From positions 1 to 60,016 of the IMG/VR virus record IMGVR_UViG_3300049930_000038: 60,016 nt of DNA. The stretch is one strand, 5' to 3'. The notes under the pieces were generated by a model that had not been told where the DNA came from, ran no database searches, and saw only the letters and a list, made by a program, of their open reading frames with translations. This document shows positions 20,152-29,387 of this stretch, in pieces (the first letter of the stretch is position 1; each line of letters opens with the position of its first letter). The stretch comes from a virus (lineage: Duplodnaviria > Caudoviricetes). The translations under genes were made by a program, and so were the position numbers.

Positions 20152-20565
20152 TCAGCCGTCGGCCGCCGTCAGCTCGGGCGGCGGCACCGGGGTCGCGCCC
20201 TCGGGAACGATGCCGTGCCCGACCGGGGTGACGCTCGCGAGGTGCGGCGGCGGGCGCGCGTCGCGCAGGCGGGACGGCGCGGGTTCGAGCACCTCGGGCT
20301 GCGGCACCTCGGGATCGTCCTCGAACCGCTCGATGGGCAACGCCTTGAACGCGGCGAGCTGCTGTTCGAGATCCCGGATGAACGCGCGCTGTCGGTCGAG
20401 CTGCTGCTGCAGCTGCAGGCCTTGCTGCCGCGCCGTGCGCAGGCTGCGTTCGATGTCGTCGACCGACAGCACCTGCGCCTGCTGCTGCGGCATGACGATC
20501 ATGTGCCGGTCGCCGATGCGCCGCATGCGGGTCGGGCGCACCTGCCCGAGGCGAACGTCGGTCAT
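20152..20565 (-). CDS. Coiled-coil hypothetical protein
   Basis: ATG 20565 (MTDVRLGQ), ATGA coupling. Confidence 0.65.
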   Translation of the reverse strand: MTDVRLGQVRPTRMRRIGDRHMIVMPQQQAQVLSVDDIERSLRTARQQGLQLQQQLDRQRAFIRDLEQQLAAFKALPIERFEDDPEVPQPEVLEPAPSRLRDARPPPHLASVTPVGHGIVPEGATPVPPPELTAADG

Positions 20566-20864
20566 GGCTGCACCTCGTCGGCCGGCGCCTCGTCGTCCGG
20601 TGATGGCGGCGACAGCGAGGCGAGCTCGCGTTCGAGCTCGGCGAGCTCGGCGCCGGTGTCCTCGACGCGCTTGCGCGCGAGCTCGAGGCGCTGCTCGGCA
20701 GACTCGACGCTGCTGCGATGCCGCTCGAGCTGCCGCCTCGTCGCGTCGATCTGTTCCTCGAGCTGCAGCACACGCTGCTGCCGCTGCTGCTCGGCGCGCT
20801 GCGCCCTGATCCGATCGGCGCTTTCTGCTGCCGAGGCGGGCGGGGTTTCGGGTGTGTCGGTCAT
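20562..20864 (-). CDS. Coiled-coil hypothetical protein (fibre chaperone-like)
   Basis: ATG 20864 (MTDTPETPP), heptad-rich. Confidence 0.65.
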   Translation of the reverse strand: MTDTPETPPASAAESADRIRAQRAEQQRQQRVLQLEEQIDATRRQLERHRSSVESAEQRLELARKRVEDTGAELAELERELASLSPPSPDDEAPADEVQP

Positions 20865-20881
20865 GTCGTCGGGTTTCCCTT

Positions 20882-22009
20882 TCAGCTGTAAATGGCAAGG
20901 TCGCCGCGATAGCTGCGCGCCGTGATGTTCCCGGTGATGGATCCGATTTCGAGGCCTCCGATCGCATCCGCCCCTGCCTCGCCCGTCACGACAATGTAAA
21001 GCGGTTCGTCCGTCGCGAGCCTCGGCATCGCGCCCGAGTCGAGAGAACCCGTTTGCAGGACGACGTAATGCGGCGCCTCGTACACACCCGTCGATGCGCT
21101 CGGGTCGACTTTCACGGCGAGCGTCGTCAGTGTGCCGTCGAGCGCCGCTCGAACGAGGCGCACCTCGGGCATCGTTGCCGGCAGCGCGGCGTGCCCGTTC
21201 TCGCCGTTCAGGCTGACGAACACGTCGATCAGGTCGTCGCCCGGGCGAATCGCGAGCGGGAACGCGATGCGGTCCAGACCGGCGGCGACTTGTTCCCACA
21301 CGAGCTCGCTCGTCATGCGGGGCACCCAACTGCCACCCACATTGCCGAGCGGCACGAGCGTCGTGCGGAACCCCTCGGGCGAGTCGTTGATCGTGATGTC
21401 CTCGGCATCCTCGACGTTCACGCCGGCGCCGGCGCCGGCGTTCAGGAAACTGCCGCTGCCGAGGGTGATGTCGCCGCCGTTCGCCTGAATGAACCCGGTC
21501 GCCCCGATCAGCAGCCCGCCGCCGTTCAGCAGGATCTGCCCGCCGCCGTTGATGGTGACGTCGGCGCTCGTCACGTTGATGTCGCCGCCCGAGGTCACGT
21601 CGATCGAGCCGCCCGAGTTGACGGCGAGCGAGCCCTCGAGGTCGATGACGGCGGTTCCGTCGACGAACATGTCGGACCCGTTCTCGAACGTGACGAGGCC
21701 GCCGCTTTCGACGATCAGCTCGCCGCCCGAGCTGATGTGCAGGTCACCCGAAAAGTCGAGGATGCCGCCGGCGAGCACGTTCAGCGCGCCGCCGGATTGA
21801 ATGTTGATCTCGCCGCCCGAGATCACCTCGAGGTCGGCAGCGATGCGCACGTCGCTGCCCTGAAAGGTCAGCGGCGAGGCGAGCGTATACGTCCCGCCGT
21901 TGACGCCGTCGATCGCTTTCAGCAGCTCGTTTTGCAGGTGCGTCATCTGCGCCGAGGTCAGCACCTCGTTCAGACTCCACCCGCCCGGGTTCGCAGCAGT
22001 GAGTGCCAT
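20882..22009 (-). CDS. Tail fibre/spike with beta-helix repeats
   Basis: Repeated GG-x-hydrophobic-x-hydrophobic units, follows gp48-like gene. Confidence 0.75.
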   Translation of the reverse strand: MALTAANPGGWSLNEVLTSAQMTHLQNELLKAIDGVNGGTYTLASPLTFQGSDVRIAADLEVISGGEINIQSGGALNVLAGGILDFSGDLHISSGGELIVESGGLVTFENGSDMFVDGTAVIDLEGSLAVNSGGSIDVTSGGDINVTSADVTINGGGQILLNGGGLLIGATGFIQANGGDITLGSGSFLNAGAGAGVNVEDAEDITINDSPEGFRTTLVPLGNVGGSWVPRMTSELVWEQVAAGLDRIAFPLAIRPGDDLIDVFVSLNGENGHAALPATMPEVRLVRAALDGTLTTLAVKVDPSASTGVYEAPHYVVLQTGSLDSGAMPRLATDEPLYIVVTGEAGADAIGGLEIGSITGNITARSYRGDLAIYS

Positions 22010-22714
22010 TTATGGGTTCAATCCTGTTAGGTCGAGCAGGTCGACGTCGAGGATGAACCCGACGCCGGTCAGCACCTGAAAGTTGTGTGTAGCCGGCAGC
22101 ACCTTGTTCAGGTGCGCTTTCGCACGCCCGATCAGCTTTTGCTCGGGAATGCCCGGCGCGACGCCGCTGCCGATGTCGAACAGCGCCGTGACGACGAACT
22201 CGGTCGAGTAGTTTGCGAAGCGCGTCGACTCGCGCCCGCCGCCGAACGGCAGCGCGCCGGCGAGATCCTGAAAGGCTCGGTCGAGCAGGGTGTCGGTCGA
22301 GCTCGCGTGCGAGAACGCCGCGACCGAAAAGCGCGGGTCGATGGCGACGAGGTCGGCGGCGATGTCCGGCAGCGAGGCTCGCACGCGCTCGGTCCACAGC
22401 TGCTCGACGACCGCCTGCCGTTCGAGCACGCTGTCGCCCGGCTCGGGCACGGCCTGCAGCAGGTCCTCGTAATACTCGAGCAGGTCGGTCGCGCGCGCCG
22501 GGAACGCCTGCAGGATCGCCCGCTCGCCCGTCGTGCCGGCTGCCGCGACGGCGGTCGCACGCGCCGCTCGCCACAGTCCCTCGATGCCGTCGTCGACGGG
22601 CGCCGACCCGCCGACGCCGACGCTCGCGCGCAAGGCGGCATAGATCGTTTCGGTGCCCGTGCTGCCGCCGCCGAACTCAAACGGAAAGCCGTTCTGCCAA
22701 CCGAACCCGCCCAT
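22010..22714 (-). CDS. Baseplate protein, Mu gp48-like
   Basis: ATDLLEYYEDLL...LNKVLPATHNF; position after baseplate J. Confidence 0.7.
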   Translation of the reverse strand: MGGFGWQNGFPFEFGGGSTGTETIYAALRASVGVGGSAPVDDGIEGLWRAARATAVAAAGTTGERAILQAFPARATDLLEYYEDLLQAVPEPGDSVLERQAVVEQLWTERVRASLPDIAADLVAIDPRFSVAAFSHASSTDTLLDRAFQDLAGALPFGGGRESTRFANYSTEFVVTALFDIGSGVAPGIPEQKLIGRAKAHLNKVLPATHNFQVLTGVGFILDVDLLDLTGLNP

Positions 22715-22717
22715 CGG

Positions 22718-23215
22718 TTACCACCCGAGCAGCACGACCGTGCTGCCGTCGACGAGCGCGTTCGACCCGTCGAATATGCAGACGCGGATCCGGTTCGTCT
22801 GCGCGTCGACCGCGGCCTGCGCATGGCGGAACACGGTCGGGTCGGCGTTCGCGATGATGGGCAGGGCCCACGAGAAAGACACGCCCTGATCGACGCCGCC
22901 CTCGTCAGGGATCGGCGTCGGGTACGTCACGAGATAGTTGCCCGCCCCGGTGCGCGTCAGCTCGGGATCGGTGTACGGGGTCGCCGTCTCGCGGCGCACG
23001 TTCCACGCCTCGACGCGGCCGAGGACCGCCGGCGACGGCGATGCCGAGAACACGAGCGCCGTGCGAGGGCTGACGAGGCCGAGGCCCGCGCACTGATGCA
23101 TGATCAGGTTCGCGATCGAGGCGTCCCATTGCCGCCGGCTGTCGCGCACCGGCGCGCTATTGACGACCTCGGGCCCGAACGAGTCGCGGTCGGGTCGCTG
23201 TGGAAAGCCGCTCAC
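22718..23215 (-). CDS. Virion hypothetical protein
   Basis: GTG 23215; LTRTGAGNYLVTY beta motif. Confidence 0.7.
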   Translation of the reverse strand: MSGFPQRPDRDSFGPEVVNSAPVRDSRRQWDASIANLIMHQCAGLGLVSPRTALVFSASPSPAVLGRVEAWNVRRETATPYTDPELTRTGAGNYLVTYPTPIPDEGGVDQGVSFSWALPIIANADPTVFRHAQAAVDAQTNRIRVCIFDGSNALVDGSTVVLLGW

Positions 23216-23478
23216 TAGCGCGCCCCTGCGTCGCCTGGATCTCCAGGCGACGGGGCAGCAGGTGCCGGCGCCGGCGGCAGCGCCTCGGGCTCGCATGCGT
23301 CGAGGTGCACGCCGACCGCGTCGAGCGGGCTGCACACGTCGAACCCGAACGCCATCGCGAGGGGCACGAGGGCGGCGACGACGATCGCGCCGATGGCGAG
23401 GATCTGGTTTCGGCGCCGCAGCGCTGCCGGGCGCGCGTCCTCGGGCAGCGGCTCGGGCTCGGTCGGTGTCGGTGTCAT
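23215..23478 (-). CDS. Small membrane protein
   Basis: Single TM segment after RRRNQ. Confidence 0.65.
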   Translation of the reverse strand: MTPTPTEPEPLPEDARPAALRRRNQILAIGAIVVAALVPLAMAFGFDVCSPLDAVGVHLDACEPEALPPAPAPAAPSPGDPGDAGAR

Positions 23479-23491
23479 TGGCTCGATCCTT

Positions 23492-25075
23492 TCAGGGCAG
23501 CTCGTACGCTGCGAACTTGCCGAGGGTCACCCGCCGAGGACCGTTCACGGGATCCGTCGGCAGGCTCGGCGTCTGCACGCTGATGCTCGTCAGCGTGGCA
23601 TCGGACTGCACGGCGCCGAGCGCCTCGGCGATAAATGAAATCAGCGTCTGACCTGCACGCGACGGGTATTCCTCGCTCGGCAGCGGGCGACGGAACGCGC
23701 GAGGGGCGAGCACGTCCGTCGACAGATTGATGACCTCGCCCGGGCCGAGGCTGTCGAAATAGGCCTCGACCGCGACGGCGAGCGAGTCTTTCTGCAGGCT
23801 CGCCGGGCTGATCCAGTCGCCGACCGCGATCGTGTGCGAGCTCGGCGCCGACAGGGTCACGCGATATACGCCGCCGGTCATGTCCTGCACGTTCGCGACC
23901 TGCAGCGTGACGAACCGCGAGGTCGGCACGTCCCACACCATCAGCCCGACGCCGGCGACGTTCACGGCGCCGCTCGGCAGCAGGCCCGCGCCGCCGGTCA
24001 GCGTGATGCGAAAGTCGGTCTGATTCGTCACGAGCGACACCGCGACGGCGCCCGACCCGGTGTTCACCGGCGGGAACGGCTGCAGGTCGGTCCACCCCGC
24101 CGCGCTGCCCTTTCGCAGGGCGAGCTGCACGACCGAGTCGGCTGCCTGCGGGGTGTCGGGTACGACGACGACGAACGCCTGCGCCGGCATGTCGGGCGAG
24201 CCCGGCGGCACGATGGCGGCCTGCACCTGCAGCAGCACGCCGGCGCTCGCGACGCGCCCGCTCGGGCCGACCGTGACCCCGCGCTTTTGCGTGATGGCGA
24301 CGAGGACCGAGCCGGCGTTCATCGCGCACGGGTACACGAATGCGTCCTCGACCGCGTTGCTCGCCGCTCGCGCGAGGGCCCGGATCTGCGCGTCGTTGCC
24401 CGCGCCCGGCTTGTGCCTGATGCGCGCCGCGAGGCGCAGGCTGAACTCGGCGTCGGTCTCTGCCGGGCCGCCGCCGGTGAACGTCGCCTGCGCGAGGGCG
24501 ACCGGGTCGGATCCTGCGGGCGGGTTACTCCAACGGATCTCGCTGCCGGCCGCGATGTTCGTTTCGAGGCCGCCGTCGATGCCGATGACGGTCAGCACGG
24601 CCTCGCCGTCGCTGTCGGCGATGCCGCTGACGAGCACCTGAAAGCGCTTGCCCGCCTCGTCGGTGCCGAACGTGGCGAACGGATCGGGCACCGTCGTCGA
24701 GCCGATCCAGGTCGTACCCGGCAGCCCGGTCGCGAGCACGTTGCCGGTGCCGCCGGTCGCCGGCAGGTATTCCTCGCCCCACTGCGGCGCGTGGAAATTC
24801 TGCAGGAACGAGGTGCCGGCGCGGTCGACGCGGATCTGCTGCGCGAGGAACTCGTCGCGCTTTTGGATGCCTTGGCAGGCGAGGTCGATCGCGTCGGCCT
24901 CGACATAAAAGCGACCGCCCGCCGTCGTCGCCTTGCGGATCACGTCCTCGGTAAACAGCTCGCCCGTCTGCGGATCGAGCATGTTTCGCAGGCCGTTGCG
25001 GAAAAATCGCAGGATGTCCTCGCGAACCTCGCCTCGGCGGAAAACAGCGAACTCGCGCTCGGTCGGTGTGGGCAT
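23492..25075 (-). CDS. Baseplate J / Mu gp47-like wedge protein
   Basis: FTGGGPAETDAEFSLRL...PGAGN...AFVYP...GSVLVAI. Confidence 0.88.
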   Translation of the reverse strand: MPTPTEREFAVFRRGEVREDILRFFRNGLRNMLDPQTGELFTEDVIRKATTAGGRFYVEADAIDLACQGIQKRDEFLAQQIRVDRAGTSFLQNFHAPQWGEEYLPATGGTGNVLATGLPGTTWIGSTTVPDPFATFGTDEAGKRFQVLVSGIADSDGEAVLTVIGIDGGLETNIAAGSEIRWSNPPAGSDPVALAQATFTGGGPAETDAEFSLRLAARIRHKPGAGNDAQIRALARAASNAVEDAFVYPCAMNAGSVLVAITQKRGVTVGPSGRVASAGVLLQVQAAIVPPGSPDMPAQAFVVVVPDTPQAADSVVQLALRKGSAAGWTDLQPFPPVNTGSGAVAVSLVTNQTDFRITLTGGAGLLPSGAVNVAGVGLMVWDVPTSRFVTLQVANVQDMTGGVYRVTLSAPSSHTIAVGDWISPASLQKDSLAVAVEAYFDSLGPGEVINLSTDVLAPRAFRRPLPSEEYPSRAGQTLISFIAEALGAVQSDATLTSISVQTPSLPTDPVNGPRRVTLGKFAAYELP

Positions 25076-25077
25076 GG

Positions 25078-25524
25078 TTACTCGGTGAACGTGAACGTGC
25101 GGTCGGCGTCGCGGCGCGGCGCGAGCAGGTCGGTGTACTGAATGCCGGTGTTCACCTGCGTCCCGTCGGCAGGCTCGACCTCGGCCTCGATCTGATCGAA
25201 CCGCACGACGCCGGCGTCGGCAGCGGGCTGCAGCGCCTCGCGCGCCATCGACTCGACGAGCTCGGGCGACTCGCTCGTCACGTGCGTCAGCTCGCGAAAG
25301 CGTTGCCCGAACGACAGAACGGCAGCGCCCGACCCGCGCTGCGTCCGCAGCAGGTGCACGACGAGGCCGTCGGCTATCGACGCGCTATCGACAATCGACA
25401 GGTATTCACCCGTCGCCGGGTCGATAGAATCAGCGAGGATCGCAGGCGGCGGTTCGCTGATGGCGTGCTGCTGCAGCGTGAACGCGCTCGCCGGCGTTAC
25501 GCCTGCAGGCGGTATGTTCGACAT
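25078..25524 (-). CDS. Baseplate sheath-initiator (gp46/gpW/gp25-like)
   Basis: LRTQRGS...FGQRF...AREALQP; position before baseplate J. Confidence 0.7.
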   Translation of the reverse strand: MSNIPPAGVTPASAFTLQQHAISEPPPAILADSIDPATGEYLSIVDSASIADGLVVHLLRTQRGSGAAVLSFGQRFRELTHVTSESPELVESMAREALQPAADAGVVRFDQIEAEVEPADGTQVNTGIQYTDLLAPRRDADRTFTFTE

Positions 25525-25531
25525 CGCGTCG

Positions 25532-25540
25532 ACTGTAACA
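25532..25540 (-). promoter_or_regulatory. Extended -10 promoter, leaderless
   Basis: TGT-TACAGT, 7 nt before ATG 25524. Confidence 0.5.
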
Positions 25541-25546
25541 CGTCGA

Positions 25547-25864
25547 TCATGGGATCGGACAGAACAGCCCCGGTATGTCAGGCAAGCTCGGCAGCGTCGG
25601 CAGCGTGACGACGCCGAGCGAGAACCCGAACGACGGCAGCGACGGGATGCCGGGTAGCGCGGGCAGCGACAGCCCGAGCTCGGGCAGCGAGGGCAGCGTC
25701 GGCAGCGTGACGACGCCGAGCGAGAACCCGAACGATGGCAGCGACGGGATGCCGGGTAGCGCGGGCAGCGACAGCCCGAGCTCGGGCAAGCTCGGCAGCG
25801 ACGGGATCGTCACGACGCCGAGCGAGAACCCGAACGATGGCAGCGGCGGGAACGCGCAGGCCAT
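25547..25864 (-). CDS. Pro/Leu/Ser tandem-repeat protein (candidate spike tip)
   Basis: 34-aa unit repeated nearly 3 times, start overlaps spike stop. Confidence 0.75.
   Translation of the reverse strand: MACAFPPLPSFGFSLGVVTIPSLPSLPELGLSLPALPGIPSLPSFGFSLGVVTLPTLPSLPELGLSLPALPGIPSLPSFGFSLGVVTLPTLPSLPDIPGLFCPIP
25580..25845. repeat. 102-bp tandem repeat
   Basis: ACGCCGAGCGAGAACCCGAACGA at 25611, 25713, 25815. Confidence 0.9.
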
Positions 25865-26601
25865 TACACGGGCGAGACGAAAAACGAGGGGCAGGGCGGC
25901 GAGGCAGGGCCCGCGAGCAGCGGCAGCCCGGTTTCAGCGGACCTGCCGACGTACACGTTCCCTTTCAGCATCACTTTCGCGGCCTGTAGCGTCAGCTCGC
26001 CCGCAGTCATGCGCAGGAACGTCGAGCCGTCGACGGCGACGACAATGCCCGGACCGTTGCCGGTGTCCTCGGTCATGCTGACGAACAGGCCGTCGGCATG
26101 CACGAGGGCGATCGACGAGCTGCCCGGCGTCGGGTCGATGCTGATCGTGTGCGCCTTTTGCGGGACCCCGTTGCCGTCGAAATCAAACGGGACGTACCAA
26201 GTCGCCCGGTTCGCCTTGCGCGAGCCGACCTCGTCGTCGGTCATCGCGTGCGACAGCACGGCGCCGCCATAGCCGGCGAACGCGAGCTGCCCCTCGGCGG
26301 GCTGCAGGGCGCGGTTCAGGCGCATGTCGCGCCATCCGATCGGCGACAGACCGCCGTCGACGCGCAGCGCGGCAGCCTCGGCGAACAGCGACCCCTCGGG
26401 CGGCAGCGGGCGCCCGATGATGCCGAGCGCCGAGTAACCGGGTTGCCCCGTCGCCTGCTCGGCAGCTGCCGGATCGCCGTCCTCGCCGTCGAACCCCCCG
26501 AACCCCCCGATGCCCCGCACATTGAACGTCGGCTCGCCGCCGGCGGCGATGGCGGACCCGACGACCTTGACGAATGCCGCGACGGCGTCGAGCGCTGTCA
26601 T
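25864..26601 (-). CDS. Baseplate spike, Mu gp45-like
   Basis: ALGIIGRPLPP...WRDMRL...EGQLAFAGYGG and C-terminal beta strands. Confidence 0.72.
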   Translation of the reverse strand: MTALDAVAAFVKVVGSAIAAGGEPTFNVRGIGGFGGFDGEDGDPAAAEQATGQPGYSALGIIGRPLPPEGSLFAEAAALRVDGGLSPIGWRDMRLNRALQPAEGQLAFAGYGGAVLSHAMTDDEVGSRKANRATWYVPFDFDGNGVPQKAHTISIDPTPGSSSIALVHADGLFVSMTEDTGNGPGIVVAVDGSTFLRMTAGELTLQAAKVMLKGNVYVGRSAETGLPLLAGPASPPCPSFFVSPV

Positions 26602-27059
26602 CGCGGCGGGCGCCTACTCGGCGGCGGCGTCGGCACCGGTGTGAACGAGGGCAGCGAGTCCCGCGCCGAGGCAGGCTGCTGCGGCGTCGTCGACGGCATC
26701 GGCGGCGGCGTCGCCGACTCGGAAGAAACCCGCGAGCTCGCCGAGGTGCCGCGCCTTGTCGATACAATTCCTTCGAAAGCGTGCAGCATCTGCATCAGCA
26801 GCGACTGCTGCTCGAGCGAATGCTGTTTCACCTGCGAGATACGTTCGTTCGAGTGCTGCCTGATCACGAGGTGAAAGGCCTCGGTCAAGCAGGCGTTGCG
26901 TTTCCACAGGAAATAGAGCGCTGCGCCGAGCACTAGAATGAACAGGGCGCTGACGATCGCCTGCGCCCGCAGCGCCTGCATCACCATGTCGTGTTCGAGC
27001 ATGCCCTGCGCGATCTGCGCCCTGATCGTCTCTAGCTCGTCGCCCGGCTGCTGATGCAT
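26598..27059 (-). CDS. Membrane protein (holin-like), inserted between hub and spike
   Basis: TM IVSALFILVLGAALYFLW then helical region and Ser/Pro tail. Confidence 0.6.
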   Translation of the reverse strand: MHQQPGDELETIRAQIAQGMLEHDMVMQALRAQAIVSALFILVLGAALYFLWKRNACLTEAFHLVIRQHSNERISQVKQHSLEQQSLLMQMLHAFEGIVSTRRGTSASSRVSSESATPPPMPSTTPQQPASARDSLPSFTPVPTPPPSRRPPR

Positions 27060-27067
27060 GCTGCCGC

Positions 27068-27076
27068 ATGATACCA
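27068..27076 (-). promoter_or_regulatory. Extended -10 promoter, leaderless
   Basis: TGG-TATCAT, 8 nt before ATG 27059. Confidence 0.55.
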
Positions 27077-27134
27077 CCCGTTGCACCGGCTGTCGCATCA
27101 CCCGCAGCTGCTGCGGCACCTTGAAATTGCGTTG

Positions 27135-28343
27135 TCATAATTGCCACACACCTTGTTTGACGAGAGATAGTCGGGTGACGTCGCCGGCGGCGGCATCACG
27201 CTGCATCTGAATTTCCTCGACGTAATAGATCCCGAGCACGCCGCCGAGGGTGTCGTCGATGACGTCGACCGTCGTGTCGGGCGCCCATGGTACAGGGTCG
27301 GTGCCGTCGCGGTAAGACAGGCCGTCGACGGTGACCGTCAGGCGGTCGAGGCCGCGGCTGCGGGTGACGAACTCGCGGCAGGCGCGTCGCGTCGCGATCG
27401 CTTTGCTCGTCAGTCCCTCGTCGAGAACGGCAGCGCGGCGCGTGAAACCACGGTCGATCAGCGCTTGGTTTCGGATGACGGCGCTGACGCTCGCGCGGCT
27501 GAACCCCGCTTTGCCGCCCATGCCGAACACGCCCATTTCAGTCGGCGCCTCGCTGACGTCCTGATCGCGCTCGAGCACGAGCACGTTGTTAAACTGCCCG
27601 GCGCCGCCGTCCTCGCCCCGGATGCTGCGCAGCACGCCGAGGGCGTCCTGCATATCGTTCGGCGGCGCGACGACGATACGCCCGTCGGGCCCGTCCCAAT
27701 GCAGCAGGCCGTGCCGGCGCAGGTGCCTGTCAGCCGCCTCGAATATCGACTCGGGCGGCTGAACCTTGCTGTTCTCTTCGGTCTCTTCGATCGCCTCGAA
27801 CCCTCGCGGCGGGTCGGCGAGCAGACGCCCGTCGATGCCGCGCCGGCGCCCGTGCGCCTCGGGCCCGCGGGTGATGCGGCCCGTCATGACGTCGCGGGAC
27901 ACGTCGCCCCGAAAGTCGAAATCTGCCTCGGTCAATCCGAGATCCTTGTACAGCGCGAGGATGAACTCGCGCAGCGTGCGACCCTGCAGCCGCACGTTCT
28001 GCGGCGCGCTGCTGAACAGGGCATCCGACAGCTTGGTTCGGATCGTGAATCGCTGCGTCGCGCTTTGGCGAGCGTCGTTGACGCTGTTCAGCGACTCGAT
28101 GCGCCCGGTCAGGCGCAGGCGGTCGTCGACGAAAACACGGAACTCGCTGCCTAGATCGACGAGCTCGGCGAGCCGGTCCCACCCCGTCTGATCGCCGAGC
28201 TCGAACGACGCCTCGGCGGGTTTCAGGATCGAGCTCGTCAGCGCGAACGTCGTCCAGTCCTCGAAATTGAAATCGATGTGGCTCGAGCCGGGCGTGCCGT
28301 ACGCCTCGACCGTGATGCTATCGAGCGGTTCGTCGTCAGCCAC
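27135..28343 (-). CDS. Baseplate hub, Mu gp44/P-like
   Basis: LRLTGRIESL, KVQPPESIFEAADRHLRRHGLLHWDGPDGRIVV, PWAPDTTVDVID. Confidence 0.85.
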   Translation of the reverse strand: MADDEPLDSITVEAYGTPGSSHIDFNFEDWTTFALTSSILKPAEASFELGDQTGWDRLAELVDLGSEFRVFVDDRLRLTGRIESLNSVNDARQSATQRFTIRTKLSDALFSSAPQNVRLQGRTLREFILALYKDLGLTEADFDFRGDVSRDVMTGRITRGPEAHGRRRGIDGRLLADPPRGFEAIEETEENSKVQPPESIFEAADRHLRRHGLLHWDGPDGRIVVAPPNDMQDALGVLRSIRGEDGGAGQFNNVLVLERDQDVSEAPTEMGVFGMGGKAGFSRASVSAVIRNQALIDRGFTRRAAVLDEGLTSKAIATRRACREFVTRSRGLDRLTVTVDGLSYRDGTDPVPWAPDTTVDVIDDTLGGVLGIYYVEEIQMQRDAAAGDVTRLSLVKQGVWQL

Positions 28344-28376
28344 GGCTCGGCCTCGATGCAAGTCGCGAGCCGCTCG

Positions 28377-29387
28377 TCACGCGGCCCGGCCTCGGGTGTC
28401 GAACACCCGGATCACGTCGCCCTGCTCGAGATAGAACGGGTCGGGCACGCGCTCGCCGTTCAGCTCGAGCAGGTCCTGCGCGTCCTGCTTGAACCTCGCG
28501 GCGATTTCGAAAAGCGACGTGTGCTCGACGTCGACGACGAACGTTTTGATGCGCGGCCGCGAGGCGAACTTTTCGTCGGCGGCCTTGCCGAGGGTGTCCT
28601 CGAGCCGGATCGACAGACGGTGGAACTCGCTGCCGCGGGGTTCCTCGGTTCCGCCGATCCCGAGGTCCTCGGCGAGCTGCCGCTGCGTCTGCCGCCCGCG
28701 CTGCAGCTGCCATCGCATCGAGCGAGCCTCGGCCTCGAGGTCCGCGATCGTGCGGCCCGGCGCGAGCAGCAGCGTTTCGAGGTCGGTCGCGCGCTGCTGC
28801 AGCTCGAACACGTCCTCGTCGACGACGCCGCCCTCGCGCTCGATGCTGAACACCGTCTGCGCCGCCGCCTTGGCGACGGTCGCCCGCGCCGAGGGCAGGG
28901 CGAACGAGGCGGTCGCGAGGCTTTCCTCGTTGTCCTCGACGAACGACAGGGCGAGGGTCGCTTGATCGCGCTCGCCGACGTTCTCGACGCGCTTGCACCG
29001 GTCGAGCCGGCAGCGGACCGAGCCGATCGTCGGCAGCGTCAGGGTGCCCGTCTGCTGAATCGCGAACGACGCCATCAGCGCCCGCAGCATGTGCGGGTAC
29101 AGCGGGCGCGGGTTCTGCTCGAGGCCGCGTTCGCGGATCGTGTTATTGAACAGCGCCGTCAGCTGAAACTCGCGCTCGGCCTGCCCGGTGCTGTCGAGCT
29201 TGGCGCCGCGCCGGTGCGCGCGCGGGTGCCGCACGATCCGGTTGCCGAGGTCCTCGCCGAGCTCGCCCGTCAGCGGGAACCGGATCAGGGGCGAGTCGCC
29301 GACCTGCCACGACGCGACCGGGTAACCCTCGAACAGGTTCTGCCGCCCCTGCCCCGGGGTGTCTGCCGGCTTGAACGCGCCCGCCAT
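28377..29387 (-). CDS. Mu N-like DNA circularisation protein with C-terminal LysM-like region
   Basis: GNRIVRHPRAHRRGAKLDSTG, GTLTLPTIGSV, SLFEIAARF...LLELN. Confidence 0.8.
   Translation of the reverse strand: MAGAFKPADTPGQGRQNLFEGYPVASWQVGDSPLIRFPLTGELGEDLGNRIVRHPRAHRRGAKLDSTGQAEREFQLTALFNNTIRERGLEQNPRPLYPHMLRALMASFAIQQTGTLTLPTIGSVRCRLDRCKRVENVGERDQATLALSFVEDNEESLATASFALPSARATVAKAAAQTVFSIEREGGVVDEDVFELQQRATDLETLLLAPGRTIADLEAEARSMRWQLQRGRQTQRQLAEDLGIGGTEEPRGSEFHRLSIRLEDTLGKAADEKFASRPRIKTFVVDVEHTSLFEIAARFKQDAQDLLELNGERVPDPFYLEQGDVIRVFDTRGRAA

Noticed and set aside
25580-25845. CRISPR-like array
   Set aside because: Units are contiguous in-frame coding repeats without unique spacers
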